Part shown: positions 1-13,084 of the stretch, piece by piece | Layout of the letters: every line of letters starts with the position of its first letter | Position numbering within the stretch: the first letter of the stretch is position 1 | From: Octopus vulgaris | Lineage: Eukaryota | DNA length: 64,000 nt | Assembly: GCA_951406725.2 (NCBI GenBank) | Contig: OX597815.1 | Location: forward strand, 131,130,001 to 131,194,000 | Direction: 5' to 3' | The notes under the pieces: model-generated | Seen by the model: only the letters and a program-made list of their open reading frames with translations | Databases searched by the model: none | What the model was told of the DNA's origin: nothing | Translations under genes and position numbers: made by a program

Positions 1-1099
1 TAGAAAAATATTTGCCATCCACTCATTCACCCATCCAGCTCTGAATAATACACCTGTGTAAGATGAATGAGGTATTGATTGATTACCTTATTATAACCAA
101 GGAAAACAAACATTATTGTTGAGTGTGCTTGTAATCCAGTAATAATTACCATTTAGATGAAGGATGAAGATTTTAAATCATAAAGTATTTGAGCAAATAA
201 ACATAATTTGGATCTTAATTTGATTTTAGAATTTAAATCATTGTTTATTTGAAAATATTCCTTTGTGTAAATTTATGATTCACAAGCACTATTTTATCCC
301 CCTCCACTACATTCTCCTTTTCTGTTTTTATAATCATCATCATTGCTTTTACCTGGGCTTTTTTAGGACCCATGTTCCGAAATCTACATATGATCAAGTG
401 TTTGCCAACATCACAGCCTTTTTTAATTTGTTGTTGCACAATTTAATTACTTTTGCATTCAATTTTATGGAAAATTTATACAAACTCTCAAAATATCAAA
501 TATGATTCTTTTGTAACCATACTGCATTAATGAGAATCTTTAATCTTGCAATAGATTTTGGCATAAAATGAAATCTTCAACATTTTGCTTTTCCTATTTG
601 TTTTCATTGTTGCCTAATAGCTGATTCATATTTCTTTGCTCTCTTAAGGTAGAGCTTTTCTCTTAGTCCTTTCATTATTGAAAATCATTAAAATAATGTT
701 GATATCTGTCATGTTCAAATTTTTAATATGTGTTAATCTATAAAGACATTCATGGCTTCACACTGACTTTTTTAAAAAAAATATTTGGACACAAGTTTAC
801 AGGAGGAGGATATAAGTTTGTAAGATGTTTATACATTTCTTAAGAACAGAAGCTGGGTAAATGAGGCAATTTCAATTCCATTTGGGATTGAAGCTGTTTT
901 ATCAGAGTTTATCATTCACTCTGCAACTGCAACCCTGTTTCACAATGAAAGTTCTTATAGTGTTTGAAAAATCCAATTATGTTCCTCACTGTGGAACATT
1001 GCTAGAATGGTAAGAATTGTTAGCACAGAAGACAAAATATTTTGTGGCATTTCTGTTGGCTTTATGCTCCGATGCTACTGGCATGAAAATTTTCACACA

Positions 1100-1205
1100 T
1101 GTGCAGGAAGGATGGTGTCACCTCCTACCTATAGGATTTTGCCTATGGGCCATTAATTTTGGCGTGTAAAAATAAAGTTGAATACGTTTTGAACACACCT
1201 CATAT
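1100..1205 (-). mobile_element. Possible mariner-type terminal fragment
   Basis: Minus strand reads TA-TGAGGTGTGTTCAAAACGTATTCAAC, resembling mariner TIRs (TACGAGGG.TGTTCAAAA); no partner end found. Confidence 0.3.
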
Positions 1206-1299
1206 ATACTTTTCTTGCTGGACTGCGAGTTTGTTTCTCTTTTTGCCATCTGTGATTTTTCTTTTGATCTTCTATATAAATGAAGATATTTCCTCCATC

Positions 1300-1512
1300 T
1301 GGCTGCTTTTCTTTCTTCAAAATGGAAAGTTAAATTGCAGAACAGTCATTTTAACGAGCTGTATTTATTTATCACCTGACGAGATACATCTGCACCACCG
1401 ATGCTCCTGACCCAGTTATTGAGTGTCCCACTGATGAGGGATCGATGCCAGATGTGTTGAAACAATTGTCATGATTAATAAATTCTCGTATATTCCATCT
1501 TCCATCTGCCAT
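1300..1512 (-). mobile_element. Degenerate RTE-type LINE 3' fragment
   Basis: Minus frames give MADGR... and GIDPSS..W.., resembling the RTE C-terminus seen more clearly at 31.8-32.1 kb; ends at a (TA)n tract. Confidence 0.35.
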
Positions 1513-1528
1513 ATATACATATACATAC

Positions 1529-1578
<50 letters not shown>

Positions 1579-2114
1579 CATTAAATGCTAAAATACATAC
1601 ACATAGGACAGACACAGAAGGACCCTAATTCTTCATCAGTTATCAATCGAAATGTTAATACTCAGTTTCATGCCTTTAATGGTAAGACTGAGAGCTTTGC
1701 ATATTGGTGGCACCAGCAAAATTTGAGGAGAATTAGTGCTTTTTGTCTACCAAATTTCACTCACAATACATTGGCTAACCCAAGATTTTAGGGAAAAAAA
1801 AATCTTATCTAAGAGGCCATGCATTGGGAATGAACCTGAAAACACTTGGTTCCAAAGCAAACTTCATAACCACAAAACCATGCCTTGTGCCTGCACAAAC
1901 AAAACGATTGTAATTTAATATCTTACTATATTATGATCGTGTTCACTCACTAGAATCTTACAATACCATTCATGTTATGCAATTGTTTTTTATTGATTGA
2001 GTTTTAATTTAAAAATGAACATGGGTTTCTCAAGTGGGTTGGTATTAAAAATATTAATAGAGTTTCTGATATCTTATCAATTCAAAATTATGTCTTGAAG
2101 TGTCAATTTTGACT

Positions 2115-2518
2115 ATTCTTTTATTCTTTTACTTGTTTCAGTCATTTAACTGTGGCCATGCTGGATCATCACCTTTAGTTGAGCAAATTGACCCCGGGAC
2201 TTACTCTTTGTAAGCCTAGTACTTATTCTATTGATCCCTTTTGCCGAACCATTAAGTTACGGGTACGGGTACACCAGCGTCAGTTGTCAAGTAATGGTGG
2301 TGGTGGTGGTGGGGGGGTACAAACACAGACAGACAAACACACACACACATATACGACGGGCTTCTTTCAGTTTCTGTCTACCAAATTCATTCACAAGGCT
2401 TTGGTTGGCCCGAGGCTATAGTAGAAGGCACTTGCCCAAGGTGCCATGCAGTGGGACTGAACTTGGAAGCATGTGGTTGGTAAGCAAGCTACTTACCACA
2501 CACCCACTCCTGCACCTA
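2115..2518 (-). mobile_element. tRNA-derived SINE, family A
   Basis: Minus strand: GCAGGAGTGG..GTGGTAAGTAGCTTG head, GGCACCTTGGGCAAGTG core, GAATAAAA tail. Related copies at about 5880-6220(+), 7885-8045(-), 20508-21508(+, interrupted), 31085-31610(+), 37760-38131(-), 53700-54117(-). Confidence 0.85.
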
Positions 2519-3128
2519 AACTAGCCTGATATTACTGAGTTCTAAGAACCCAAGAGGGTCAAGTATACAGCATTTTGCTTTCATGTTGTGCTAAGATTTC
2601 AACATGTTCATCCTTGATTGGTAATTTATTCAATAACCTCAGAAGGATGAAAGGTAGAATTGATTTTGATGTGATTTGAACTTGTAAAAAATGAAAATTT
2701 TGGAAGACATTTTATCCACTTTTCTTGTGATTGCTTCATTTTACAGACCTATAATGAAAGCTCTTTCACTCCATTAACATCAACCGTCATCTAAGAAGTT
2801 TCCTCATTTTATGAAACAAAATTGTTTGTTTTAAAGTATTTATATTGAAATTCAAATTGTCCTTCATAATTTTATGGGAGAACATTCTATTAAATTCCAA
2901 AGGCTAATAGTGGTATTGTTAGTTCCTTTACAAAACCCTCCAAATTCTTGATTAGTCATAAGCAATGTATTTCATTAAAGATGTAATAATCACAGGGTCA
3001 ACCTGTGATCATCCTTTTGTTTTTGGCAGTTAGTATATACCTAAGACTCAGTTATCAAACATGCAGTTTAATTAAAAAAAATATAGGGTTTGATTAGGGG
3101 TAAAGAATTCTCTTGCCACTTATATCCT

Positions 3129-3488
3129 GGCACTCCATCAGTTACAACGATGAGGGTTCCAGTTGATCCGATCAATGGAGCAGCCTGCTCATGAAATTAA
3201 TGTGCAAGTGACTGAGCACTCCACAGACACGTGTACTTTTAATGTAGTTCTCGGGGAGAATTAGTGTGACACAGAGTGTGATAAGGCTGGCCCTTTGAAA
3301 TTCATGTACAAGAGAAACAGAAAGAAAGTTGCGGTGAAAGAGTACAGCAGGGTTCGTCACCAGCCCCTGCTGGAGTCTCATGGAGCTTTAGGTGTTTTCG
3401 CTCAATAAACACTCACAACACCCACCCTTGGAATCGAAATCACGATCCCACGACTGCTGCCCTAACCACTGGGCCATTGCACCTCCAC
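3129..3488 (-). mobile_element. tRNA-derived SINE, family C
   Basis: Minus head GTGGAGGTGCAATGGCCCAGTGGTTAGGG with B-box-like TTTCGATTCC; near-identical copy at 21583-21922(-), partial copies at about 6478-6645, 46970-47125 and 55025-55270. Confidence 0.85.
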
Positions 3489-3524
3489 TGACACTTATAG
3501 CAGATCCAGTGATTACGTAAATGT

Positions 3525-3762
3525 ACCTATTTCTTTATTACCCTCAAGGGGCTAAACACAGAGGGGACAAACAAGGACAGACATAGGTATTAAGTCGATT
3601 ACATCGACCCCAGTGCGTAACTGGTACTTAATTTATCGACCCCGAAAGGATGAAAGGCAAAGTCGACCTCGGTGGAATTTGAACTTACAACGTAACGGCA
3701 GACGAAATACCGCTAAGCACTTCGCCCCGGCATGCTAACGTTTCTGCCAGCTCGCCGCCTTA
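3525..3762 (-). mobile_element. tRNA-derived SINE, family B (Nin/Deu-like central domain)
   Basis: Minus: AAGGCGGCGAGCTGGCAGAAACGTTAGCA...GTTCAAATTCC...GCCTTTCATCCTTTCGGGGTCGATAAAT. More than ten copies in the window, e.g. 7215-7430, 7518-7720, 8065-8265, 8365-8572, 10205-10425, 10952-11170, 19485-20300, 35780-36000, 46140-46600, 59735-59915. Confidence 0.85.
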
Positions 3763-4323
3763 GATTACGTAAATGTACCTTCAATGTGTTATGATTCACA
3801 ATGGCTTATTTAGTTTTGATGTAGTTTTATCTAAGCAGAATTGCTAATTAGCATCTTGTAACAATTACAAGGAATAATTGCTGTTGAAGCTATTTTGGCA
3901 AATCTTAGTTAAAGTGACATCTGTTATATCTCTCCATTATTATACATTATACTATAGGAGCTGAATTTTCATTACTGTCTTCTATCTTACATCTCTGTTA
4001 TAAAATTTGCTTTTCCATTATGTCTCTCTCTCTCTCTCTCTCATATATTGTTAGTTGTAGTTGCCTTCACTTCTTCATCTCTCTCTCTCTCTCTATTGCT
4101 CTCTCTCTCTATCTCTCTCTTTTTTAGTGTTCTCTCTAAAATACATTAGTTTTATTGTTTTATTCTACCTTTTCCAATGCATGTAGTTGTGATTTCTAAG
4201 AGTTAGTGATTATTAGAAAATAGCTTAAGTCTGCTCAAGTTTTTAATCCTATTACACATTCATGCAGATAAATATACATATTATCAAACCACACACACAC
4301 ACACATTCATAGATATGTATACA

Positions 4324-4375
<52 letters not shown>

Positions 4376-5509
4376 CAATAACCCATGAAGAATATAATTT
4401 TTTAAGCTCTTCATAATCGTTTTGGATTACTTGCAATTTCTTCATTTATAAATTAATCCAATTTGCGAAGGCTTATCCAAGAAAATCTTTCATTTCATGC
4501 AAACCACCTCCTTACTATTCTCCTTGCTGTAGTCATCGTCGTCATCATCATCATCATCATCATTATCATCATCATTGTTACCACCAACAATGACAGCTAC
4601 AGAATCAGCAGCTTAACATACATTTTTCTAAAGCAGAATTAACCAAAAGTGTCTCTCTGTAGCAGCATAATTCTATTAGTCTACACCACCATCATCATCA
4701 TCATCATCATCATCTGTGTGAAAGCCAATGTTCTAAGATAAATTCCTAAGAAGTCTTATTCTTTTTGCTACAACTCGTCTCATTAGATTTCTTATACACA
4801 ATTTCTGTTGCATGATGTACATAAACATTTCTCTCTTCTCACCTCTACCTGACAACATACTCTCTCTCTCTCTCTGTCTTTCTCCACCCTCTCTCTCCTT
4901 TATCCAGTCTTCTTTTGCAAGCCAACACTTTTTTCTTCACACTTCTCATTCCTAACATCACACACAACTCATTCCTTTGAAGTTGTTTCAGGGTCTCTTT
5001 CTTCATTCTTCATCTATAACTACTCTGTAACACCTCTCTATAGACTCTGCTATCACACACAAATTTATATCAATCACATGGTTGGCATCAATGAATGATT
5101 AGGTTTAATGATCCAAAGGAGCATAATATTTGTTATATTACACCATCTTCGGATGGTGGATTGGTAAAATCCTTATCATCATCATCATCATCCAGTGTTT
5201 TAAATCTGTGTTTTGTCCCTGTTGACAGGGGTGGCTGGATCTACCTCAATGCCATAGCACTAAGGCATGCAGGTGCAGCCCACCCCCAACCTTTGGGATG
5301 GCTGGTGCCCATTCTCCTTTGTTATCATGAGGTTTTTCTGGAGCTGTATTTTCTATGGGGAGCATGTCCTTGTTTATTCCCAACCTCAGTTTCTAGACAT
5401 GAGTAGTCCCGAAACCAAGGCCTCTACCATGATTTTAAAGAAATATGGTGGAAAACTAGCTCAGGAAGACAGGGATGCTGCTCTCTGAGACCCCTTTTGG
5501 AGCCCCCTA

Positions 5510-5670
5510 TCATCATCATCATCATTGTTAACGTCTGTTTTCCATGCTGGTATGGATTGGACAATTTCATTAGGGACTGGCAAGCCAGGAGGCTGCATCA
5601 GGCTCCAATATGATCTGACAATGTTTTTACGGCTGGATGCCCTTCCTAATGCCAACCACTGTGGAGAAAG
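5510..5670 (-). mobile_element. SINE fragment, family D (V-domain-like, (CAT)n/(ATG)n tail)
   Basis: GGCTGGATGCCCTTCCTAATGCCAACC motif next to a (CAT)n tail; similar copies at about 17870-18040 and 18160-18345. Confidence 0.65.
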
Positions 5671-6892
5671 ACCCGGTATTTCTTGTGGCTCTTTGCAGTA
5701 TTTCTCTTGACTGTTTATGTTCCGAGTTTGAATTTCAGTGAGGTTAAATTTGATTTCCATTCTTTTGTGTTTGGGGAAATAAAATGCCAGTGACATACTT
5801 GGGTCTGTATAAGCATTTAATTCCTTCCTCTAAATTTCAGGCCTCAAGCTTGTATTAAAAATACCACCTTTTCTGCTCACAGTTTGGTACGGCTGTATGG
5901 TAAGAAATTTGCTTCCCAACCACATGGTTTTGGGTTCCGTCTCACTTCAAGGCACCTTGGTCAAGTCTTTTCTTCTAAAGCCCTGGGCAAATGAAAGCCT
6001 TGTGAGTGAATTTGTTTGATGGAAAATGTGTGTGTGTGTTTGTGTTTTTCCTCTTTCCTCTTGGCAACAACTGGTGTTAGTGTGTTTATGATTGCTGTAA
6101 CTTAGCAGTTCAACCAAGAGACCAATAGAGTACTGAGGTTGGTCTGGTTGACTAAAATTCTTCAAGACAGTGCTGCAGCATGGCCGCAGTCTAGTGACTG
6201 CAGCAAATAAAAGACAAAAGGTAATGCTAAGCCACGAGCAGGAGGTATCAATTCACAGGTAGATGGATCGTAAATTTTATGTGTCAAGCATCTCAGCTAT
6301 GAAGAAAACACCCATACAATGACCAGACATAAAGTGTTAACCATTCAGAGAGTTGGCTTACAACATGCAGAATCTGCTTCTCTTAACTAAAACAATTACT
6401 AATGGTAAGATGGCTTTTTATGATTAATAAAATATCATCATATACATGCAGCTGGCAAAAATGAATAGTACCTCTAGTACAAAGGGCCAGCTTTGTCACA
6501 TTGTGTCACACTGAATCTCTTTGAGAACTATATTAAGCGTATGCATGTCTTTGGAGTACTCAGCCACTTGCATGTTAATTTCACAAGCAGGCTGTTTTAT
6601 TGATTGCATCAACTGGATCACTTCTCACTGTAACCGGAGTGCCTGTTAAAGTTAGTTATACAGTTTATAATTTGAATAAAGATCAACTGACCAGGTAAAC
6701 TAGGACACGTTTCTCTTTCCCATAGCTTCTTTAGATCATCAGGAGTTGAATTAAACACAACAAAGTAATGAAGTATCATATTGGATGGCATATAAGATGC
6801 ACTTTTTCTGTGCCTAAACTGTCTCAGGCCCTATATGTGAAGTTGGACCTCCCACAAGCTAATTTTGTCCTGGATGCTTACTAGTTTAGAGA

Positions 6893-7125
6893 AATTTTAA
6901 TCCACATTCTCTTCTACCAATACACTGTAATATTTTAATCAACATGGTGTTTTCTACCAATACACTAATATTTTAATCCACATGGTCTCTTCTACCAATA
7001 CACTGCATTATTTTAATCCACATGTTCTCTTCTACCAATACACTGTAATATTTTAATCCACATTTTCTTCTACCAATACATTGTATTATTTTAATCCACA
7101 TGTTCCCTTCTACCAATACATTGGA
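6893..7125. repeat. Minisatellite, ~40-bp unit, ~6 copies
   Basis: Unit ATTTTAATCCACATGTTCTCTTCTACCAATACACTGTAAT repeated in tandem with small variants. Confidence 0.9.
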
Positions 7126-9049
7126 GTATTTCATATACAGTAATGATTTCTGCTATAGCTAAAGTATTTTTGTTATGTGCACTAGATTGCTTTAAATATT
7201 AAATGCTTTAATAAAGCAGTGAGCTGGTACAATTGTTAGTATGCTAGGCAAAATGCTTAGTGGCATTTTGTCTATCCTCAAGTTCAGAGTTCAATTTCTG
7301 CTGATGTCAACTTTACTTTTTGACCTTTTGGTGGGGCTGATAAAATAAGTAGCAGTTGAACACTGGTGTTAATATAATTGACTTCCCCCTCCCTTGAAAA
7401 TTGCTGGTCTTGTGCCAAAAATTTGAAACCAGTATTACATGCTTTAATGCAATGAAATCATTTTTCCTGAATATGCACTGCTGTGAGTGGAGCACATGTA
7501 ATATTCTTGTGTTCCATAAGGCGGCAGAAATGTTAGCATGCTGTGTAAAATGCTTAGCTGTATTTCATCTGTTTATATGTTCAAATTCTGCCAAGGGTGA
7601 CTTTGCTTTTCATCCTTTTGGGATCGATAAATTAAGTACTAGTAGTGTTCTGGAGTTGATCTAATTGACTGGCCCTCTCTTCCAAAATTTCGGGCTTTGT
7701 GCCTAGAGTAGAAAAGAATATGCTTGTGTGCCATCAAATATGATAGTTATCAAGTTTACCTCACAAGAAGTTGTTGCTCCCTTACAAACTTAACTACTGC
7801 TCTTTGGATTTATTTGGGAAGCTGAATGCCTCCGCAATAGACAGGAATACCAAGAAACATGAATCTTAGCTCCATTTATATAACAAGCTTCTTTCAGTTT
7901 TCACAAACCAAATCCTCTCACAAGGCTTTGGTCAACCCAATGTTATAGTTGAAATCACTTGCCTAATGTGCCATGCAGTGGGAATGAACATGAAACCTTA
8001 TGATTGTGAAGCAAATGTTTTTTACCACATAACCATGCAGACACCTTGGATATTGCTTACACATTTTGGCACAAGGCCAGTAATTCTGGAGGAGGAGATG
8101 AGCTGATTACATTGACCTGATGCTCAACTGGTGCTTATTTTATTGATCACAAAAGGATGAAAGACAAAGTTGACTTCAGCAGAATTTGAACTCAGAATAT
8201 AAAGGAGAAGAAAATGCTGCAAAGCAGTTTGCCCAGAGTAGTAACAGTTCTGCCAGTTTACCATCCTTTGAACTTTGAATGTTGAAATAGAACTCTTAAA
8301 TGTAGAAGTATAGAGTCTTAAATGGCAGTATTCTGTTTACCATATTTGATAGTGTAATCTTTTTTACTATAGATACAAGCCCGAAAGTTTTGGAGATGGT
8401 GGGAGCCAGTCGACTAGATCGACCCTAGTACACAACTGGTACTTAATTTATTGACCCTGAAAGGATGAAAGGCTAAGTTGACCTTGGCGGAATTTGAACT
8501 CAGAATGTAGCAGATGACGAAATACTGCTAGGCATTTCACCTGGTGTGCTAACGTTTCTGCCAGCTCGCCTCAATATTTGATAGTATAATATACACATGG
8601 CCATATTAGATATGTTACCCTTTAAATTAGATGCACCCAAATTTCAGCAATACATACTCAGGAAGAGGAATTTTTTTGTATATTAAAGCAGGAAATACTG
8701 GTCTAACTTCACATAAAGGACATATTATTTTTTATAAAAAATAGTGCATCTTATATATCATCAAAAGTGGTATGCAGAACCAGATGAAATGGCAGGCTAA
8801 TATGCAAATAGTTGTCCATGGAATTCTCTGTCTGTGGTAGAAATAATGTATTTCTCATAATACATGTTCAATGTAAGATCTATACATTTTCCAATGAGTG
8901 TCCAACTTCCTAAACATGCATTTCAGATTACATTTTATGAGACAGTTCGCTGCCAATTTGGTTTCTAAGTTTACAGCTTGTTGCAGCACATTTTTTTTTT
9001 ATATACGTCTTGATATTATTTTTCTCCTGTGCTTTTCTCTGGTACTCTC

Positions 9050-9108
9050 ACTACAAACACACACATGCACACACACACACATGTATGCATGCACACATGT
9101 ATGGACGT

Positions 9109-9157
<49 letters not shown>

Positions 9158-9480
9158 TATATGTCTATATGCATATTATATAATATATATATATACACGC
9201 ACACATATATATATACATATATACGTGTACACATATACATATGTATATAAATAATATATATATATATATGCATATAAACACATGTATACATATGCATATA
9301 GATATATCTATATACATATATATCTGTATATATAACACATATATGCATATATGCACACACACATGCACACACATATATATGTGTGTATGCATATTATATA
9401 ATATATATACACATATATGCATACATATATGCATATACCGATATACATATAAATACATATATATATACACATACATATTC

Positions 9481-9521
<41 letters not shown>

Positions 9522-9690
9522 TAAACACATGTATACATATATATCTGTATATATAACACATATATACATATGCATATAAACACATGTATACATAAAGATA
9601 TATCGATATACATATATATGTATATATAACACATATATGCATACATGCACACACACATACATAGATACATGCATACATACATAAATACAA
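9050..9690. repeat. Complex (CA)n/(TA)n microsatellite field
   Basis: Alternating CA/TA runs with duplicated sub-blocks; source of many spurious ORFs. A similar field lies at 17030-17370. Confidence 0.95.
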
Positions 9691-9747
9691 ACGTAGATAA
9701 TGTAACTGGTTACTTCAATTTGTTTTCCTATTATTTTGACATCATAG

Positions 9748-9946
9748 TGTGGAAGAGAGCTCGTTAATCCCAGGTGACTTCAAAATTTCTACTATTACTA
9801 CAACAATAAATACAACCAACTCAGAAACTGGTGCTACTATAAAAGGGCGTCCAGCCATGACGCATCAGCTAAATCCAATTTGCAAAGTGACAAATATTCT
9901 GATACCACCAACTGTGCAAACATGGTTAACATTTACGATAATGTGA
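9748..9946 (+). other. Weak candidate coding exon (Thr/Ser-rich)
   Basis: Pyrimidine tract plus TAG acceptor ending at 9747, then open frame VEESSLIPGDFKISTITTTINTTNSETG...IM*; non-repetitive. No homology recognised. Confidence 0.2.
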
Positions 9947-10489
9947 TATTGTCCTGATACATAGTAAGGAAGGGTCACAGTTGCAAACTCCTTCTCATCA
10001 TCATCATCATCATCATCGTCATCGTCTTCATCATCACCATCATTATCATCACCATAAAATTGATTCATTTATGCTGAAGCTTAATTTATTTTGCCAAAGT
10101 ACTGAATTAACATTACTGTACTGTTGAATTGATTTTTGATGAGTAACAGAATCAGTCTTAAGGAACTGCAGCTTATCATCATCATCATCATCATCATCAT
10201 CATTAGTGAGGTGGTGAGCTGGTTGAATTGTTAGCATGATGGATAAAATGTTCAGTAGGATTTCGTCCATCTTTATGTTCTGATTTCAAATTCTGCTAAG
10301 GTCGACTTTGCTTTTCATCCTTTTGGGGTCGCTAAATTAAGTACTAGTGAAACACTGGTATCGATGTAATAGACTAATCCCCTCTTCCAAAATTTCAGGC
10401 CTTGTTCCTTTAGTAGAAAGGATTATCATAATAATAATAATAATAATAATAATATATTATTAATAATTATTATTTTTATTATTACTTCA

Positions 10490-10885
10490 TAATAGTGTAG
10501 GTAAAAATGTACTGGAGTCTTCAGTCATCTCTCAAGTTACAACAAGGACCTCAGACAGATGATACTTCCCTTAAGATGTGCTCTGTGCCCAATAAGGTTG
10601 CTTTTTACAAGACATCTGTCTTGCATGGGATTTCCAGCTGCTTTAAGAAACCTTGAACTTTCAATAGGATTGAGCCTAGCGCTCTGATCACCACTGGTAT
10701 CACTTTAACATTACCCTCTCGCATTCCATACAGTCTTGCCATACAGTCAACCTCTTTTCTCACAACGTTCATGTCATTTGGTATGGCTACATCAATGATC
10801 TGACAGTATTTGTCTCTCTTATTCAATATGACAATATCTGGCCAACGGTGTTCAATTACACAATCTGTATGAAAATCATAGTTCC
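10490..10885 (-). mobile_element. R4/Dong-type RLE LINE, 3' fragment
   Basis: PDIVILNKRDKYCQIIDVAIP...VIPVVIRALG restriction-like endonuclease motif; flanked by (TAA)n/(ATT)n. Confidence 0.85.
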
Positions 10886-10900
10886 ATTATTATTATTATA

Positions 10901-10948
<48 letters not shown>

Positions 10949-11201
10949 GTCAAGGCAGCAAGCTGGTGGGATCATTGGTATGCTGGACAAAATAATGCTC
11001 AACAGTATTTCATTTACCTTTACATTCTGAGTTCAAATGCCACCACTGTTGACTTTGTCTTTCATCCTTTTAGGGTTGATAAAATAGGTACCAGTTGAGT
11101 ACTGGGGTTGATATAAAAAACTTATCCCCTCACCCCAAATTGCTGGCATTGTGTCAAAATTTGAAACCACTATTATTGTTATTATTATTATTATTATTAT
11201 T

Positions 11202-12440
11202 CAGTAGTTTTATTTTTATAGCGTGCTTTCACTTCACTACCGAGCGCAGCTCTGTGTGCCTTGGGTATGTGCTGTGATTTGTTGTGATGCTCTGATGGTT
11301 ATTGTATGGAAAAGTGTTCTGCGTAGGATGTGTGCAGTGCCTAGTAGTGCAATTTTCTGTATGTTATATGTGTTTGTAAGTCCTGGTGTTTTTGTTATGT
11401 ATTTGTCTGAATATTTTTTTATCATGCCTAATGCACCTACTATGATAGGAATTGTTTCTGTTTTCAGGTTCCACATTCTGGTTACCTCTATTTCCAGGTC
11501 TTTGTATTTTGAGAGTTTCTCCATTTCTTTTAGAGACACGTTGTCATCTGCCGGTATTGATACATCAATTAGAAAGCATTTTTTTCTTCATGATCTCTGA
11601 TAACTATATCTGGTCTGTTGGCCTTAATTTCTCTATCTGTGTGTATTGGCATATCCCAGAGTATGGTTGCTTTCTCGTTTTCTGTGACCTTTTCTGGTGT
11701 GTGCCTATACCATCTTTTTTCTGTTGTTATTCCATAATGTTGGCATAGCTTCCAATGTATGTAGGTTCCAACTCTGTCATGTCTGTGAATATATTCCTTC
11801 TTAGCCAGGACTGGGCAGCTAGAGATAATATGATTTATTGTTTCTTGTCCATCTCCACATATTCTGCAGTTACTTGTAATATTTCTTTTCATTACATGTT
11901 TTTGGTAATTTCTGGTGGGGAGGCTTTGGTCTTGTGCTGCAATTAAAAATCCCTCTGTTTCTGCTTTGAGTCCTGAGCTTCTCAACCATTGCTGGGATTT
12001 TTCTTTGTCTCTTTCTTTTGCGTTTAGTTTAGTGCAGTATTTACCATGAAGGGGCTTTTCTTGCCATCGTTTTATCATGGCTCGTTGCTGTTCTATTTTT
12101 AGTTTGGATTTCATTTGTTTTATAGCTTTTGTTGCTTCTTCATCATCTTCTTCTTCTTCTTTGTGTTTATTAGGTGGTATGATTTCTTGTTTGTCTTTGT
12201 CAGCTTCCTTAAATACTGAGAACAGTTTTTTGTTTTGCTCGTGTTTTGCTGCTATCTGGATCAGTTTTCCTTCCTTCTGAAGTAGGTATTTTTGCAGTCC
12301 TATGGTGGTTATTTTATAGTAGTTTTCCGGCTGTATAAGGCCTCTACCACCTTCTATACGTTGTATATATAGTCTTTCTATGTCAGATTTTGGGTGATGC
12401 ATCCTAGATCCTGTCAGTATTTTTCTTGTTTTCCTATCTA
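11202..12440 (-). mobile_element. R4/Dong-type RLE LINE, 5'-truncated (Zn knuckle + RLE), one frameshift
   Basis: ORF 11569-12402: RLY..R..GGRGL, AAQDQSL, CRIC...ETINHIISSC (CCHC), RHD, NRPDIV; continues in 11237-11539 (KYKDL..E..RMW, IPIIVGALG). Flanked by (ATT)n. Confidence 0.95.
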
Positions 12441-12452
12441 TTATTATTATTA

Positions 12453-12966
12453 TTCAGTAGTTTTATTTTTATTGCGTGCTTTCACTTCACTACCGAGCGC
12501 AGCTGTGTGTGCCTTGGGTATGTGCTGTGATTTGTTGTGATGCTCTGATGGTTATTGTATGGAAAGTGTTCTGCGTAGGATGTGTGCAGTGCCTAGTAGT
12601 GCAATTTTCTGTATGTTATATGTGTTTGTAAGTCCTGGTGTTTTTGTTATGTATTTGTCTGAATATTTTTTTATCATGCCTAATGCACCTACTATGATAG
12701 GAATTGTTTCTGTTTTCAGGTTCCACATTCTAGTTACCTCTATTTCCAGGTCTTTGTATTTTGAGAGTTTCTCCATTTCTTTTAGAGACACGTTGTCATC
12801 TGCCGGTATTGATACATCAATTAGAAAGCATTTTTTTCTTCATGATCTCTGACAACTATATCTGGTCTGTTGGCCTTAATTTCTCTATCTGTGTGTATCG
12901 GCATATCCCAGAGTATGGTTGCTTTCTCGTTTTCTGTGACCTTTTCTGGTGTGTGCCTATACCATC
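12453..12966 (-). mobile_element. Second, shorter copy of the same Dong-type LINE 3' end
   Basis: Near-identical to 11202-11707; flanked by (ATT)n on both sides. Confidence 0.95.

Positions 12967-13084
<118 letters not shown>

Noticed and set aside
245-720. Possible coding or transposase relic
   Set aside because: Several stops and no motif I can assign with confidence.
6893-7125. CRISPR-like repeat
   Set aside because: Pure tandem ~40-bp minisatellite without spacers.
8898-9690. Long ORFs rich in YI/CV/HT, and poly-I/L/N/Y ORFs elsewhere
   Set aside because: Translations of (TA)n, (CA)n, (TACA)n, (TCTA)n, (ATT)n and (CTT)n microsatellites.
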